A stretch of DNA of 64,000 nucleotides from Bdellovibrionales bacterium (GTDB lineage: Bacteria; Bdellovibrionota; Bdellovibrionia; Bdellovibrionales; UBA1609): positions 2,688,001-2,752,000 of the forward strand of contig OZ241329.1 of NCBI GenBank assembly GCA_965199825.1. Direction: 5' to 3'. Shown here piece by piece: positions 1-9,561 of this stretch. The translations under genes were made by a program, and so were the position numbers. The notes under the pieces were generated by a model. The model was not told the DNA's origin and did not search any database. It was given only the letters and a program-made list of their open reading frames with translations. Every line of letters begins with the position of its first letter. The first letter of the stretch is position 1.

Positions 1-10
1 GTCTCACGGC

Positions 11-1474
11 TTAAACATTCTTCAAAGTTTGATCGGCACGTTTAACCAAGACATCTTTGTGAAGCAGCGGCACAAGGTGTTTGAGCTCTGCTCCTTGGGG
101 CATCCCAATCACCGCCACACGGATAGGCATAAATAAAAATTTACCCTTAACCGCACAATGATCTTTAACCTGATCTTGGATTTTTAAAAATTCGTCTTCA
201 GACATAAAATCATGCTTTAAAGCTTGAACCGAATTTTTCCAAGTTTCGATCACCGACTTTGAATGCTCCCATTTTAAAACATCCGCACTTTCGGCAGTGA
301 ATTGAAGATCGCTCTCAGAGAGATGTTCAAACAAAGGAACCGCATCGGCCAATGTTTCCATTGATGTCTTAAATAAATCCAACGCCTTTTCTTGCCAACT
401 CTCATCGCTAGAAAATTTGAGTCCCGCTTTATCAAAAAAAGGTTTTAGACTTGCCCAAAGCTCTTTTGGTTTTAAATGCCTTAAATGTTCAGCATTCATC
501 CACTTCAGTTTGACCTCGTCAAACACCGCAGCCGCCGCATGCAGACGGTCCACACCGAACTCTTTGCACATCTGCTCCATCGATAAAATTTCTTGATGGC
601 TTGGCGAACTCCAACCTAAGAGAGCAATAAAGTTATTGAGCGACTCGGCAAGATATCCCCGTTCACGAAATTCGTTACACGAAGTGGCCCCATGGCGTTT
701 AGATAATTTTTGTTTATCGGCACCTAAAATAATTGAGAGATGCCCAAATTGTGGCAATGGAAAATGAAGTGCCTCATAGATCATCATTTGTCTTAAGGTA
801 TTGCTCAAATGCTCTTCGGCTCGAAGCACATGGGTGATCTTCATCAACGCATCATCCACCGCACAACAAAAGTTATAGACCGGCATATCGTTTGAGCGAA
901 TCAAAACAAAATCGCCCACCATGTCGGAAGGAAAAGTAACCTCGCCACGAACCAAATCATGAAGAACAAAGTCGCGCTTTTCTTGTGGTGTTTTAAAACG
1001 TACGACTGGCTTTTCGCCCGCCGCTATTTTTTTTTGCGCCTCTTCTTTTGTGCCCTCGCGAAAGGGCGAGTTCACTTGGGGAGGTCGACCTTCACTGATT
1101 GCTTTATTTTTTTGCTCTTCAATTTCTTGATCACTCAAAAAGCAATAATAAGCATGGCCAGAATCGATTAATTTTTCGGCATATTCTTTATAAATAGATT
1201 TTCTTTGGCTCTGGCGATAAGGACCATTGGGCCCAACATCTTTTAACGTCTGAGGATCGATACCTTCGTCCCATTTTAATCCAAGCCATTCGAGGTCCTT
1301 GATTTGAAGCCGCAAAGATTCTTCGGTTGACCGCTCAAGGTCTGTGTCTTCAATACGAAGGATAAATTTCCCACCATTTTTTTTGGCAAATAAATAATTA
1401 TAAAGAGCTGTGCGGGCCCCACCAACGTGCAGATAACCTGTAGGTGACGGTGCAAAGCGAACACGAATTTCCAT
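11..1474 (-). CDS. gltX: Glutamate--tRNA ligase
   Basis: RVRFAPSPTGYLHVGG (HIGH motif), LRIEDTD and KLSKR (KMSKS-like) motifs; 487 aa; AGGAG upstream. Confidence 0.97.
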   Translation of the reverse strand: MEIRVRFAPSPTGYLHVGGARTALYNYLFAKKNGGKFILRIEDTDLERSTEESLRLQIKDLEWLGLKWDEGIDPQTLKDVGPNGPYRQSQRKSIYKEYAEKLIDSGHAYYCFLSDQEIEEQKNKAISEGRPPQVNSPFREGTKEEAQKKIAAGEKPVVRFKTPQEKRDFVLHDLVRGEVTFPSDMVGDFVLIRSNDMPVYNFCCAVDDALMKITHVLRAEEHLSNTLRQMMIYEALHFPLPQFGHLSIILGADKQKLSKRHGATSCNEFRERGYLAESLNNFIALLGWSSPSHQEILSMEQMCKEFGVDRLHAAAAVFDEVKLKWMNAEHLRHLKPKELWASLKPFFDKAGLKFSSDESWQEKALDLFKTSMETLADAVPLFEHLSESDLQFTAESADVLKWEHSKSVIETWKNSVQALKHDFMSEDEFLKIQDQVKDHCAVKGKFLFMPIRVAVIGMPQGAELKHLVPLLHKDVLVKRADQTLKNV

Positions 1475-1648
1475 TTTAACTCCTGAAAAAGAACTGAATT
1501 GCCGAGGAGACTAGCGTGAGAATGAAGAGTTGTCGAAAGCATTCGTCTTTGTTTGAGACAGCAAAAGCCTCAAGTTGAAACACTCTTAAGATTGTTTCTG
1601 GATGATCCGTTTTATTGATTTATACTAAATGTATCGAAGGGGACCCCA

Positions 1649-3034
1649 ATGACTCAAAAACGAAAAGTTCAATTATTTATTGCATGCAGCTTTATTATGG
1701 CGAGCTTCCAAGCTTGCGGTCCAATTGGGCAACCTTTGAGCGGTCCAAACAGCGGTCTATCTGCTGGCACACCGAGCACCGGAACGGGCTCAGGCACTGG
1801 TAGCGGCACAGGTTCGGCGGGAACGCCTCAACCTGGAGTTTCGATGCCGCCCACTTCGGGAAGCTCTTCGAACTCTTCGAATTCGCCGGGCAACACCACA
1901 ACACCACCGAGCAGCGGCTCATCGAATAGCGGTGGGACAACAACAACTCCACCTCAAGGTTCTACGGTTCCAAGCTCGCAATCTTACATGGCGGATCCCA
2001 CTGTTACTGGACACACTTTAGAAGTGTGCGACACCTGTGCATATACAACAATTGCTCAGGCTGCGAGTGCTTTAACCGATGGCGATACAATGAACATCCA
2101 CGTCAATGCTAATGATTATACAAACTGTGCCTGGATTGGTGCTAACAATGTCATCCTTCATGGTGTGATTGACGGCAATGGCAAAAGACCACACTTGCGT
2201 GACAACATCTGTGGGCAAAAAGGCTTAATTGTTCAAACTGGCGCTAATGTTTTGATCGAGAATTTAGAATTAAGTGGCGGGCGCAATGGCAATTCGAGCG
2301 ACGGCAGCAACTACGCAGGTATTCGTCTTGATACAAACAGCAACACTCGAAATCTAAAAGTCCGCAACTGCGTCATCCATGACTCTGATGACGGCATATT
2401 AGGAAACGATAACGATATTGTGAGTGGGGTTGATAACCAAGTTGTAGTTGAGAATTCAATTTTTTATAACAACGGACGACTCGGTTATGCCCATGGCCTT
2501 TATATTGGTCACGGTGTCACAAACTTCGTATTTAGAAATTCCGTGTCTTACACTAACACCTCGGATGGTCATCTTTTAAAGTCACGGGCACTTAATAACA
2601 CTGTAGAATGCAGCACCCTTGCTTCACTTAATGGTGTTAATAGCTACGCTGTCGATTTCCCAGTGGGCGGAACCACTGTGGTCAGAAATTCTGTGATTGA
2701 ACAAGGTCCCAACCTTTCGAACAGCGGCGATTTCTTTATTCGCTACGGTGAAGAGATTGGAAGCTTTGGTGACAATGGTGGTGGTCGCAGTCTCTCGGTT
2801 CAGAACACTTATTTCGTGAACGACTACGGCTCATCTGGAAAACTTGATATCGTATCTGGATCCGCTACCCCAAGCTGGAGTGGAAACACTTTTGCCGGCA
2901 ACGGTGGAAGCCTGAATATCAACAATGGGTCAGGAGCAACCTCATTTACAAACTATGCTTCGCGATCAGCCGCAAGTTTATCAGCTTACGACGGAACCCT
3001 AGCGTCGCTCCCCGCAACGCCAGTGTGTCAGTAA
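1649..3034 (+). CDS. Lipoprotein with Ser/Gly/Thr/Pro-rich stalk and right-handed parallel beta-helix (pectin lyase-like) domain
   Basis: Lipobox-like FQAC; long low-complexity linker; repeated beta-helix-type strands (VRNCVIHDSDDGIL, VENSIFYNNG, AHGLYIG, GHLLKSRA). Confidence 0.75.
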   Translation: MTQKRKVQLFIACSFIMASFQACGPIGQPLSGPNSGLSAGTPSTGTGSGTGSGTGSAGTPQPGVSMPPTSGSSSNSSNSPGNTTTPPSSGSSNSGGTTTTPPQGSTVPSSQSYMADPTVTGHTLEVCDTCAYTTIAQAASALTDGDTMNIHVNANDYTNCAWIGANNVILHGVIDGNGKRPHLRDNICGQKGLIVQTGANVLIENLELSGGRNGNSSDGSNYAGIRLDTNSNTRNLKVRNCVIHDSDDGILGNDNDIVSGVDNQVVVENSIFYNNGRLGYAHGLYIGHGVTNFVFRNSVSYTNTSDGHLLKSRALNNTVECSTLASLNGVNSYAVDFPVGGTTVVRNSVIEQGPNLSNSGDFFIRYGEEIGSFGDNGGGRSLSVQNTYFVNDYGSSGKLDIVSGSATPSWSGNTFAGNGGSLNINNGSGATSFTNYASRSAASLSAYDGTLASLPATPVCQ

Positions 3035-3523
3035 TTATAAACCGAAAATGGCCCGGACATCGTCTTGGGCCTGAAGTTCTGCAGCACTTGTAGCGAGCGA
3101 CAACTCTTTAAGTAAAAGGCCGCGTGCGGTATCAAGCATTTTGCGTTCACCAAAGCTCAGTTCTTTATCCACTTTCAACACGAACAAATCTCTCAAAACT
3201 TCGGCGATCTCATAGACCGATCCGGTTTTGATTTTTTCCATGTATTCGCGATAACGACGATTCCAAGTTTGATTATCAATTTTGACATCATCTTGTTTTA
3301 AGATTTCGATCACCTTTGCGGCTTCATCGCGCGAAATGATTGGACGTAAACCAACCGCTTCGGCATTGTCACAAGGGACCATAATCTTCATTCCGCTTTC
3401 TAAAACTTGAATGCAATAGAAGGTCTGTTTGTTACCAAAGATCTCTTTGGTCTCGATTGCTGTAACTTTGCCGACTCCGTGGCCAGGATAAACAGCGTTG
3501 TCCCCAACTTTAAAAGTTGCCAT
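3035..3523 (-). CDS. carD: CarD/CdnL family transcriptional regulator
   Basis: FKVGDNAVYPGHGVGKV and WNRRYREYMEKIKTG motifs; start moved to the ATG at 3523, which has AGGAGG at 3531-3536. Confidence 0.93.
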   Translation of the reverse strand: MATFKVGDNAVYPGHGVGKVTAIETKEIFGNKQTFYCIQVLESGMKIMVPCDNAEAVGLRPIISRDEAAKVIEILKQDDVKIDNQTWNRRYREYMEKIKTGSVYEIAEVLRDLFVLKVDKELSFGERKMLDTARGLLLKELSLATSAAELQAQDDVRAIFGL

Positions 3524-3713
3524 CAATAAACCTCCTATGGATGGATGAAAAAGGCTTTCGAACGAATCGAAGTTTATACCACCCGTGACACGACTTATCA
3601 ACCGTCGAACATCCAAACGACGAGTAAGTATTTTTTTTAAACCCTTAGCCCTGCTGATGTTCAGCGGTTTCTCACTTTAAGTTTCATTGAACACTGCAGA
3701 TTAAGGACCAGGT

Positions 3714-5789
3714 CTAGGCCACAAATTTGAGTCCCTTGTGCTCTAGAAACGACTTCATTTGTTGATGCTCAAGAGTTGAGAGATTGGCATCCCGGGCAAG
3801 AACTTCAAAAGCGGCATCGCGCGCCAATTGAAGAAGTTCGGCATCACGAATCAAATTCGCAATTTTAAATCCAAAAAGTCCAGATTGCTTGGTCCCGAGC
3901 ATCTCACCCGGACCCCGAATGGCCAGATCCTCTTCGGCAATGACAAACCCATCCGTGGTGGATTCCATAATTTCTGCACGGTGAATCGACTCCTCGCTCA
4001 CCGCATAGCCAAGCACCAACACACAAAAGCTTTTATGTTTACCTCGTCCGACCCGGCCCCGCAATTGATGAAGCTGCGAAAGACCAAAGCGCTCGGCATG
4101 TTCAATCACAATGATATTTGAATTGGGCACATCCACGCCGACTTCGATCACAGTCGTGCTCACCAAAACATCAATCTTGTGATCGCGAAACTCGCCCATG
4201 ATTTTATCTTTTTCTTCCGCCTTCATGCGGCCATGAAGTAAACCCACCGAAAAATCTTTGAAGCGCAATTTGTGAGCTTCGAATTCGGCCATCGCGTTTT
4301 TGAGATCCAATTTTTCGCTCTCTTCGACTAATGGATAAACGATGTAGGCCTGTCTGCCGCTTTTGAGTTGGGTTTCGACAAAATCAAAAACTTGAGGTCG
4401 TTTTGCCGCAAAAGCTTTTTTGGTCACGATGGGTTGGCGACCTTTTGGGAGCTCTCGCAAAATTGAAACATCAAGATCCCCGTACACTGTCATCGCAAGT
4501 GTTCGTGGGATGGGTGTTGCGGTCATCACCAAAAAATGGGGCGAGCGGCCCTTGCTCTGAAGGGTTTGGCGCTGCGAAACTCCAAACCGATGTTGCTCAT
4601 CAACGACCACCAGATTGAGATTTTTGAATTCAACATTTTGTTGAATCAAAGCGTGGGTTCCAACACACACATCCACTTCACCTTTTGCTAATTTCGAGTA
4701 GACCTCACGCTTTTCTTGCGGGCTTAAGGAGCCCGTCAACAGCGCCACCCGAAGACCCAACGGTTCAAGACGGGCTTTGGCATTGCGATAATGTTGATCG
4801 GCCAAAATTTCGGTGGGTACCATCATCGCCGATTGCATGCCGGCCTCGGCCACAAAACAACAACTCAAAAAAGCGACCATGGTTTTGCCACTTCCCACAT
4901 CGCCTTGAACCAAGCGATGCATCGGATGTGCGGCTTTAAGATCATTTTTAATTTCGGCAAAAGTTCTGATCTGACCGGCGGTCAATTCAAACTCCAAAGA
5001 GGCGGTCAGTTTTTGCGAAAGAGTGTCAGGTGTAAGAATCGGTTTTGCAATCTCGCGCTCGATTCCCCGCTTGCGCGCGGCTAACAGCAGTTCGAGCCAA
5101 AAAAATTCTTCAAAAATTAATCGCCGTTGAGAACCACTTGTAAACTTAAAAAGTTGATCGCTGATTTCGGGTGGTGGCTGATGAATCTCTTTGAGAGCTT
5201 CAGATCGCGGCATCAGATTGTATTTTTTGAGTAACCATTGGGGCAGCGACTCGACTTCGAACTCAGCTAAATGCTCGAGTGCGACCGCAATGATCTTCTT
5301 TAATTTTCCGGCCGAGAGCCCTTCTGTTTCGGTGTACAAAGGAAGGATGATGTCACCCGATTCTTCATCGGCGGTAACTGGATGAATGTCTGGATGATGA
5401 AATTCAAGATGACCGCGATAATCTGTGACTCGCCCATTCACCCTCACCATTTGATGCGGCTCGAAGCGATCAAAGTAGCCGCGATACGGAACCCGAAAAA
5501 ATTTGCATGAGATGCGCCCTGTTTCGTCTTTGACAATCACTTCATACATTTTGCGTTTGGATCGACCCAAATTCATTGAGCGCGAAACCAAAATTTGCGC
5601 CTTTAAAGATACAATTTGATTGGCGGATAAGGTCGAAATGCTTTGGGCTTTACGGCGATCTTCATAGGCTCGAGGAAACCACTCAAGCAAATCGCCAATC
5701 GTTTCGACTCCACGTTTACGGAGCACGTCCCCCAACTTTGGGCCAACACCTTTTAAGTACTGAACAGGTGTGTTGATATCGATCGCCAT
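3714..5789 (-). CDS. recG: ATP-dependent DNA helicase RecG
   Basis: QGDVGSGKT, DEQHRFG, MTATPIPRT, QLHQLRGRVGRG and DLAIRGPGE motifs. Confidence 0.97.
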   Translation of the reverse strand: MAIDINTPVQYLKGVGPKLGDVLRKRGVETIGDLLEWFPRAYEDRRKAQSISTLSANQIVSLKAQILVSRSMNLGRSKRKMYEVIVKDETGRISCKFFRVPYRGYFDRFEPHQMVRVNGRVTDYRGHLEFHHPDIHPVTADEESGDIILPLYTETEGLSAGKLKKIIAVALEHLAEFEVESLPQWLLKKYNLMPRSEALKEIHQPPPEISDQLFKFTSGSQRRLIFEEFFWLELLLAARKRGIEREIAKPILTPDTLSQKLTASLEFELTAGQIRTFAEIKNDLKAAHPMHRLVQGDVGSGKTMVAFLSCCFVAEAGMQSAMMVPTEILADQHYRNAKARLEPLGLRVALLTGSLSPQEKREVYSKLAKGEVDVCVGTHALIQQNVEFKNLNLVVVDEQHRFGVSQRQTLQSKGRSPHFLVMTATPIPRTLAMTVYGDLDVSILRELPKGRQPIVTKKAFAAKRPQVFDFVETQLKSGRQAYIVYPLVEESEKLDLKNAMAEFEAHKLRFKDFSVGLLHGRMKAEEKDKIMGEFRDHKIDVLVSTTVIEVGVDVPNSNIIVIEHAERFGLSQLHQLRGRVGRGKHKSFCVLVLGYAVSEESIHRAEIMESTTDGFVIAEEDLAIRGPGEMLGTKQSGLFGFKIANLIRDAELLQLARDAAFEVLARDANLSTLEHQQMKSFLEHKGLKFVA

Positions 5790-5818
5790 TTTGATTGTTT
5801 ATATGTCAGAATAAATTG

Positions 5819-6745
5819 ATGTCCACTTCTTATTTCAAGATTCGCGTCGGAAGCCTCGGGGCCTTAGAGCCCCTGCCCTTTGATATTTTTGTTTTGATCA
5901 ACGGCAAACACGTGCACTACTTGAGAAGCGGCGATTCTATTACGAGCGAAAAATTAAATTCTTTTGCACAAAAAGCGGCCGATGTTTTGTTTGTTCAAAA
6001 TGACCAAAAAGAAATTTACCGCAATTATGTTTCAAGATTGATTGCTTCAGATAAAACCTCACCGATCATGAAGGCAAAAATTTTACGCGAGAGTTCGCTT
6101 GCCATGGTTGAGGAACTTTTTGAAACCGATGACGTCGGCCAGGCTTTGTCTGGATCCAAAGTGATCATCAAAAGTTTTATGGAATTTATTGATTCCGATG
6201 CCGATGGCCTGGCCCATCTGATCGGCCTTTCAAGCCATGATTTTTACACCTACAACCACTCACTCGATGTTGGGGTGTACGGTTTAGGCCTTGGCCAACT
6301 TGCGGGCTATTCGGGCAAAGAACTCCAAGAATTGGGCGAAGGCGCTTTGTTTCATGATATCGGTAAACGAAATATTGATGTTCAAATCATTTGTAAGACT
6401 GGTCCTTTAAGCGAATCCGAATGGACCCAGATGCAGATGCATCCGCAATATGGGCTTAAGATTTTGGATGAGCACAATGTGAGCGAAGGTATAAAGGCCT
6501 GTTGCTTTGAGCATCATGAAAGCTTTTTGGGCAACGGTTACCCGCAGCGCTTAGTTGGCGAAGATATTCATCCCATGGCTCGAGTGGTTGCGATCTGTGA
6601 CACCTACGATGCCCTTACTACCAAAAGATCCTACAGCATGCCGATGACCCCAAAAGATGCCCTTAATTTTATGACCACCAAACTCTCGGGCCGCTACGAT
6701 CAAAATCTGCTCAAGGCGATGTACGAAGTCATGTTTAAGATGTGA
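5819..6745 (+). CDS. HD-GYP domain phosphodiesterase (probably c-di-GMP)
   Basis: TYNHS, FHDIGK, HHE..GNGYP and CDTYDALTTKRSY motifs; ATG at 5819 preferred over TTG at 5795. Confidence 0.88.
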   Translation: MSTSYFKIRVGSLGALEPLPFDIFVLINGKHVHYLRSGDSITSEKLNSFAQKAADVLFVQNDQKEIYRNYVSRLIASDKTSPIMKAKILRESSLAMVEELFETDDVGQALSGSKVIIKSFMEFIDSDADGLAHLIGLSSHDFYTYNHSLDVGVYGLGLGQLAGYSGKELQELGEGALFHDIGKRNIDVQIICKTGPLSESEWTQMQMHPQYGLKILDEHNVSEGIKACCFEHHESFLGNGYPQRLVGEDIHPMARVVAICDTYDALTTKRSYSMPMTPKDALNFMTTKLSGRYDQNLLKAMYEVMFKM

Positions 6746-6765
6746 GCTACTAATAAAATCAAAAA

Positions 6766-6793
6766 AAAACGTCCGATTTTCATCGGACGTTTT
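6766..6793. terminator. Bidirectional intrinsic terminator between convergent genes
   Basis: AAAACGTCCGAT-TTTC-ATCGGACGTTTT perfect inverted repeat with A/T tails. Confidence 0.85.
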
Positions 6794-6820
6794 CGCTATT
6801 TGGAGTAATGAGGCTAGCTC

Positions 6821-9211
6821 TTATTTAAAGAGAATGTAGACCCCACTCGACCCACCGACCTGGCCACAATCGAGCATTGATGATCGCAGCACCAATGAAG
6901 TTCCCACTGGAACCTTTTCGGTCAAATCAATGGGTGGCACATTTGCCGATCCCGCATCGGCAAAGGATTGGAATTGGATTGGCGTATTTGAAAGCCGAAT
7001 CGTTCCATCTGATAGGCGCGAATCGCCAGTGCCGTAGCCCAAAAGATCGAGCGAGTAGAGGCTCTGCAATTCAACAAACAAAAAGTTGTCTACCGCGATA
7101 GGGCTTTTTCCTTGAGGGTCGCTGCTCAACACCACTTGACGAGTTCCGACAAGATCAAAACCAATTTCTTTACTTGCCATCACTCGGGGGTGCGGTGTTT
7201 GACCGTCGTGGTTCGCCGCCAACATATCATTTCGCATTGGCGAAAATAACTCTGAGCTTACGGTCGAAACAGAATCAGTTAACTTTTTATAATAACAAGT
7301 CCCACGACCGTCACGTGCAGGCACATCAAAGTCTGTGGCGGTAATCTCGACATACTTCTGACACGTAGTCACTGGAGCCGCACATGGATTTTGTACTGTC
7401 GATGGAAGCACAAAGTTTTTAGCGCCAAGGATTTTCCATCCTGAGCTCATCATCTTCTGCATTGGGTCTGTCATTTGACCATTTGAGTAGAAAACGTTAT
7501 CGCCCACTTGGCCACACATTGTGACAGAATCATTATCGTAAGAAGAACATGAACCACCGCGAGCCACTTTTCTCCACATCAAAGTAAGAGCAATATAATT
7601 TCGTGGTCCTTGATAATACTTCAATTCAAAAGGCAATTTTTGACCGCGTTTTAATCTTACAGTGGTAGGAGCACAAGCCATTGCTGAGGAATGCAAACCA
7701 TCACTCGAAATCAGAGTTTGCAGTTTTCCTTTTTTATCAGCCACTGACAAAACAGCTCCGTCATCCGAGATCATTGCAAGTTCGTAATCACCTTCTTGGT
7801 CGGTGTCTGAAAGGGCGAGTTGACTCTTCAAATCAAGCGCAAACCACTCAACCATTAAATTTCCGTTGGCATCTTTAAGTTTTGTGCCGTCGGTTGCGGT
7901 AAAGCCTTGATCAAAGTTGATTGTGGGAATTGAGATCGTGTTCAAAAATAAATTCGAAGTGACCTCTTTACCTTGAGTGAGCATCGAATCCACACTGCCC
8001 GCAATCGCTTCACTTCCTAAAATCACACGACCTTGAATTCCATTGGCCACAGAGATCGGTTGCGAATTGCCGTCACAAACTACGGGTGCAGATTGCGAAG
8101 GATTAGGAACCGGCTGTGCCGAAACGGTTGGGTCAGGTTGTGGAGTTGCGGTTGGCGATGGAGTAGGAATAGGGTCTGCACTCACAGTGGGTGAAGGTTG
8201 TGGTACTGGATCTGCGCTCACACTTGGTGTGGGAGTAGGATCAGCACTGACACTTGGAGTTGGTGTAGGATCTGCACTGACAGTGGGCGAAGGTGTAGGT
8301 TGTGGTGGAACATACTGAGTTGAACAGATATTTGTCGCACCTGAAGGCAAAATAAAATTCTGTGGCGCGATCGCTTGCCAGCCACGCAGTAAAAGATTGT
8401 TGTAAGCATTCATCGGCGCACTTGGGCTTTGAGTCGCATCCCAAAATGCAGAATCACCGGTCATGCCGCACAAAGGATCGCGGTTGGTGTCTGAATTGTC
8501 TGTGCTGACTTTTCTCCATAAAAGAGTCAAAGCCACATGAGCTTCATTAGTTTGATACCATTTGATATTTAAAGGCACCATCAAACCGTGAGTCATGTTC
8601 ACCACAAGAGATGAGCAAGCAAGGCGAGATTGATGTAAACCATCGTTATTTACAACAACGGTGGCTTGTCCGTTAATACCAAGATTGAGGATTGATCCAT
8701 CTTCAGAGATCAGCGCGAATTGGTAAAGACCTTCGGCATCGGCATCTTGAAGTTTTAATTGGCTATTGAGATCGAGCGCAATGTTTTGAGTCACCGGGCT
8801 GCCCGACGCATCCACCACCGCTTGGCCGGAGCTATTGATAAAGCCCCCGCTAAATGAAGTGGTCGGAATGTTTAACGAGCTAAAATAAACATTAGAGCTC
8901 AGTGACTGCCCGTTACTGATCATGGTTAAGGCTGAACCATTTTGTGAGGAGCTTGCGGTATAGAGGCTTCCCTTCAAACCAAAATTTGTTCCCTGAGAGA
9001 CTGCGACGGGGTCGCAGATAATGTTTGGATCGGTAGATCCAAAAGTTGAAATCGGTGTTCCAATTCCACCTTGGTTGATCGTGCTTGTCGCCGCAACCGC
9101 AGATGAAAAGTTAGAACTCTGATCTGGCGGATTGCTAGATCCCTTACTTGTACAGCCGGCCATAACGACCGCACTTGATATAAACATAATGACTTGATTT
9201 AAACGTCCCAT
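6821..9211 (-). CDS. Lipoprotein with two PA14-like domains separated by a Pro/Thr-rich repeat linker (putative adhesin)
   Basis: Lipobox MAGC after MGRLNQ start (ATG at 9211, GAGGGG upstream); two homologous domains (YQFALISEDGSIL / YELAMISDDGAVL; ALTLLWRKV / ALTLMWRKV). Confidence 0.75.
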   Translation of the reverse strand: MGRLNQVIMFISSAVVMAGCTSKGSSNPPDQSSNFSSAVAATSTINQGGIGTPISTFGSTDPNIICDPVAVSQGTNFGLKGSLYTASSSQNGSALTMISNGQSLSSNVYFSSLNIPTTSFSGGFINSSGQAVVDASGSPVTQNIALDLNSQLKLQDADAEGLYQFALISEDGSILNLGINGQATVVVNNDGLHQSRLACSSLVVNMTHGLMVPLNIKWYQTNEAHVALTLLWRKVSTDNSDTNRDPLCGMTGDSAFWDATQSPSAPMNAYNNLLLRGWQAIAPQNFILPSGATNICSTQYVPPQPTPSPTVSADPTPTPSVSADPTPTPSVSADPVPQPSPTVSADPIPTPSPTATPQPDPTVSAQPVPNPSQSAPVVCDGNSQPISVANGIQGRVILGSEAIAGSVDSMLTQGKEVTSNLFLNTISIPTINFDQGFTATDGTKLKDANGNLMVEWFALDLKSQLALSDTDQEGDYELAMISDDGAVLSVADKKGKLQTLISSDGLHSSAMACAPTTVRLKRGQKLPFELKYYQGPRNYIALTLMWRKVARGGSCSSYDNDSVTMCGQVGDNVFYSNGQMTDPMQKMMSSGWKILGAKNFVLPSTVQNPCAAPVTTCQKYVEITATDFDVPARDGRGTCYYKKLTDSVSTVSSELFSPMRNDMLAANHDGQTPHPRVMASKEIGFDLVGTRQVVLSSDPQGKSPIAVDNFLFVELQSLYSLDLLGYGTGDSRLSDGTIRLSNTPIQFQSFADAGSANVPPIDLTEKVPVGTSLVLRSSMLDCGQVGGSSGVYILFK
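8130..8305 (-). repeat. Coding tandem repeat encoding (PTPS/PTPT..VSAD)n
   Basis: PTPSPTVSAD-PTPTPSVSAD-PTPTPSVSAD-PVPQPSPTVSAD-PIPTPSPT, about 30-36 bp units. Confidence 0.85.
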
Positions 9212-9561
9212 TTTCCCCTCCCCAGGGTTTGCACAATCCTCAAGTTGCAATCTGTTTGTCTGATTCAGTCGGTTGATGATGAGGAAATCCCCATAAACCG
9301 CAGACAACTTAGTCGATCATCAACTTTTGGACATTTTTTGCCACTTCAAACTGTCTCACCTTAAGAAAAACCAGCTAGAAATACCAAAACTTTGGTCTAT
9401 AATCATTTAAGTTTAGTCGTTTGACGCGCCGATTTTTAAGTAAGTGATCAACTCTTTTTCAACCCAATCATTTCTCTTTAGAATACTTTTTGTACCATCG
9501 CTCGCAAGCCTTTGGTCTTGACAGATTTGGCAACTTCTAGCTTTAAAGGCTTTTTGAGGGG

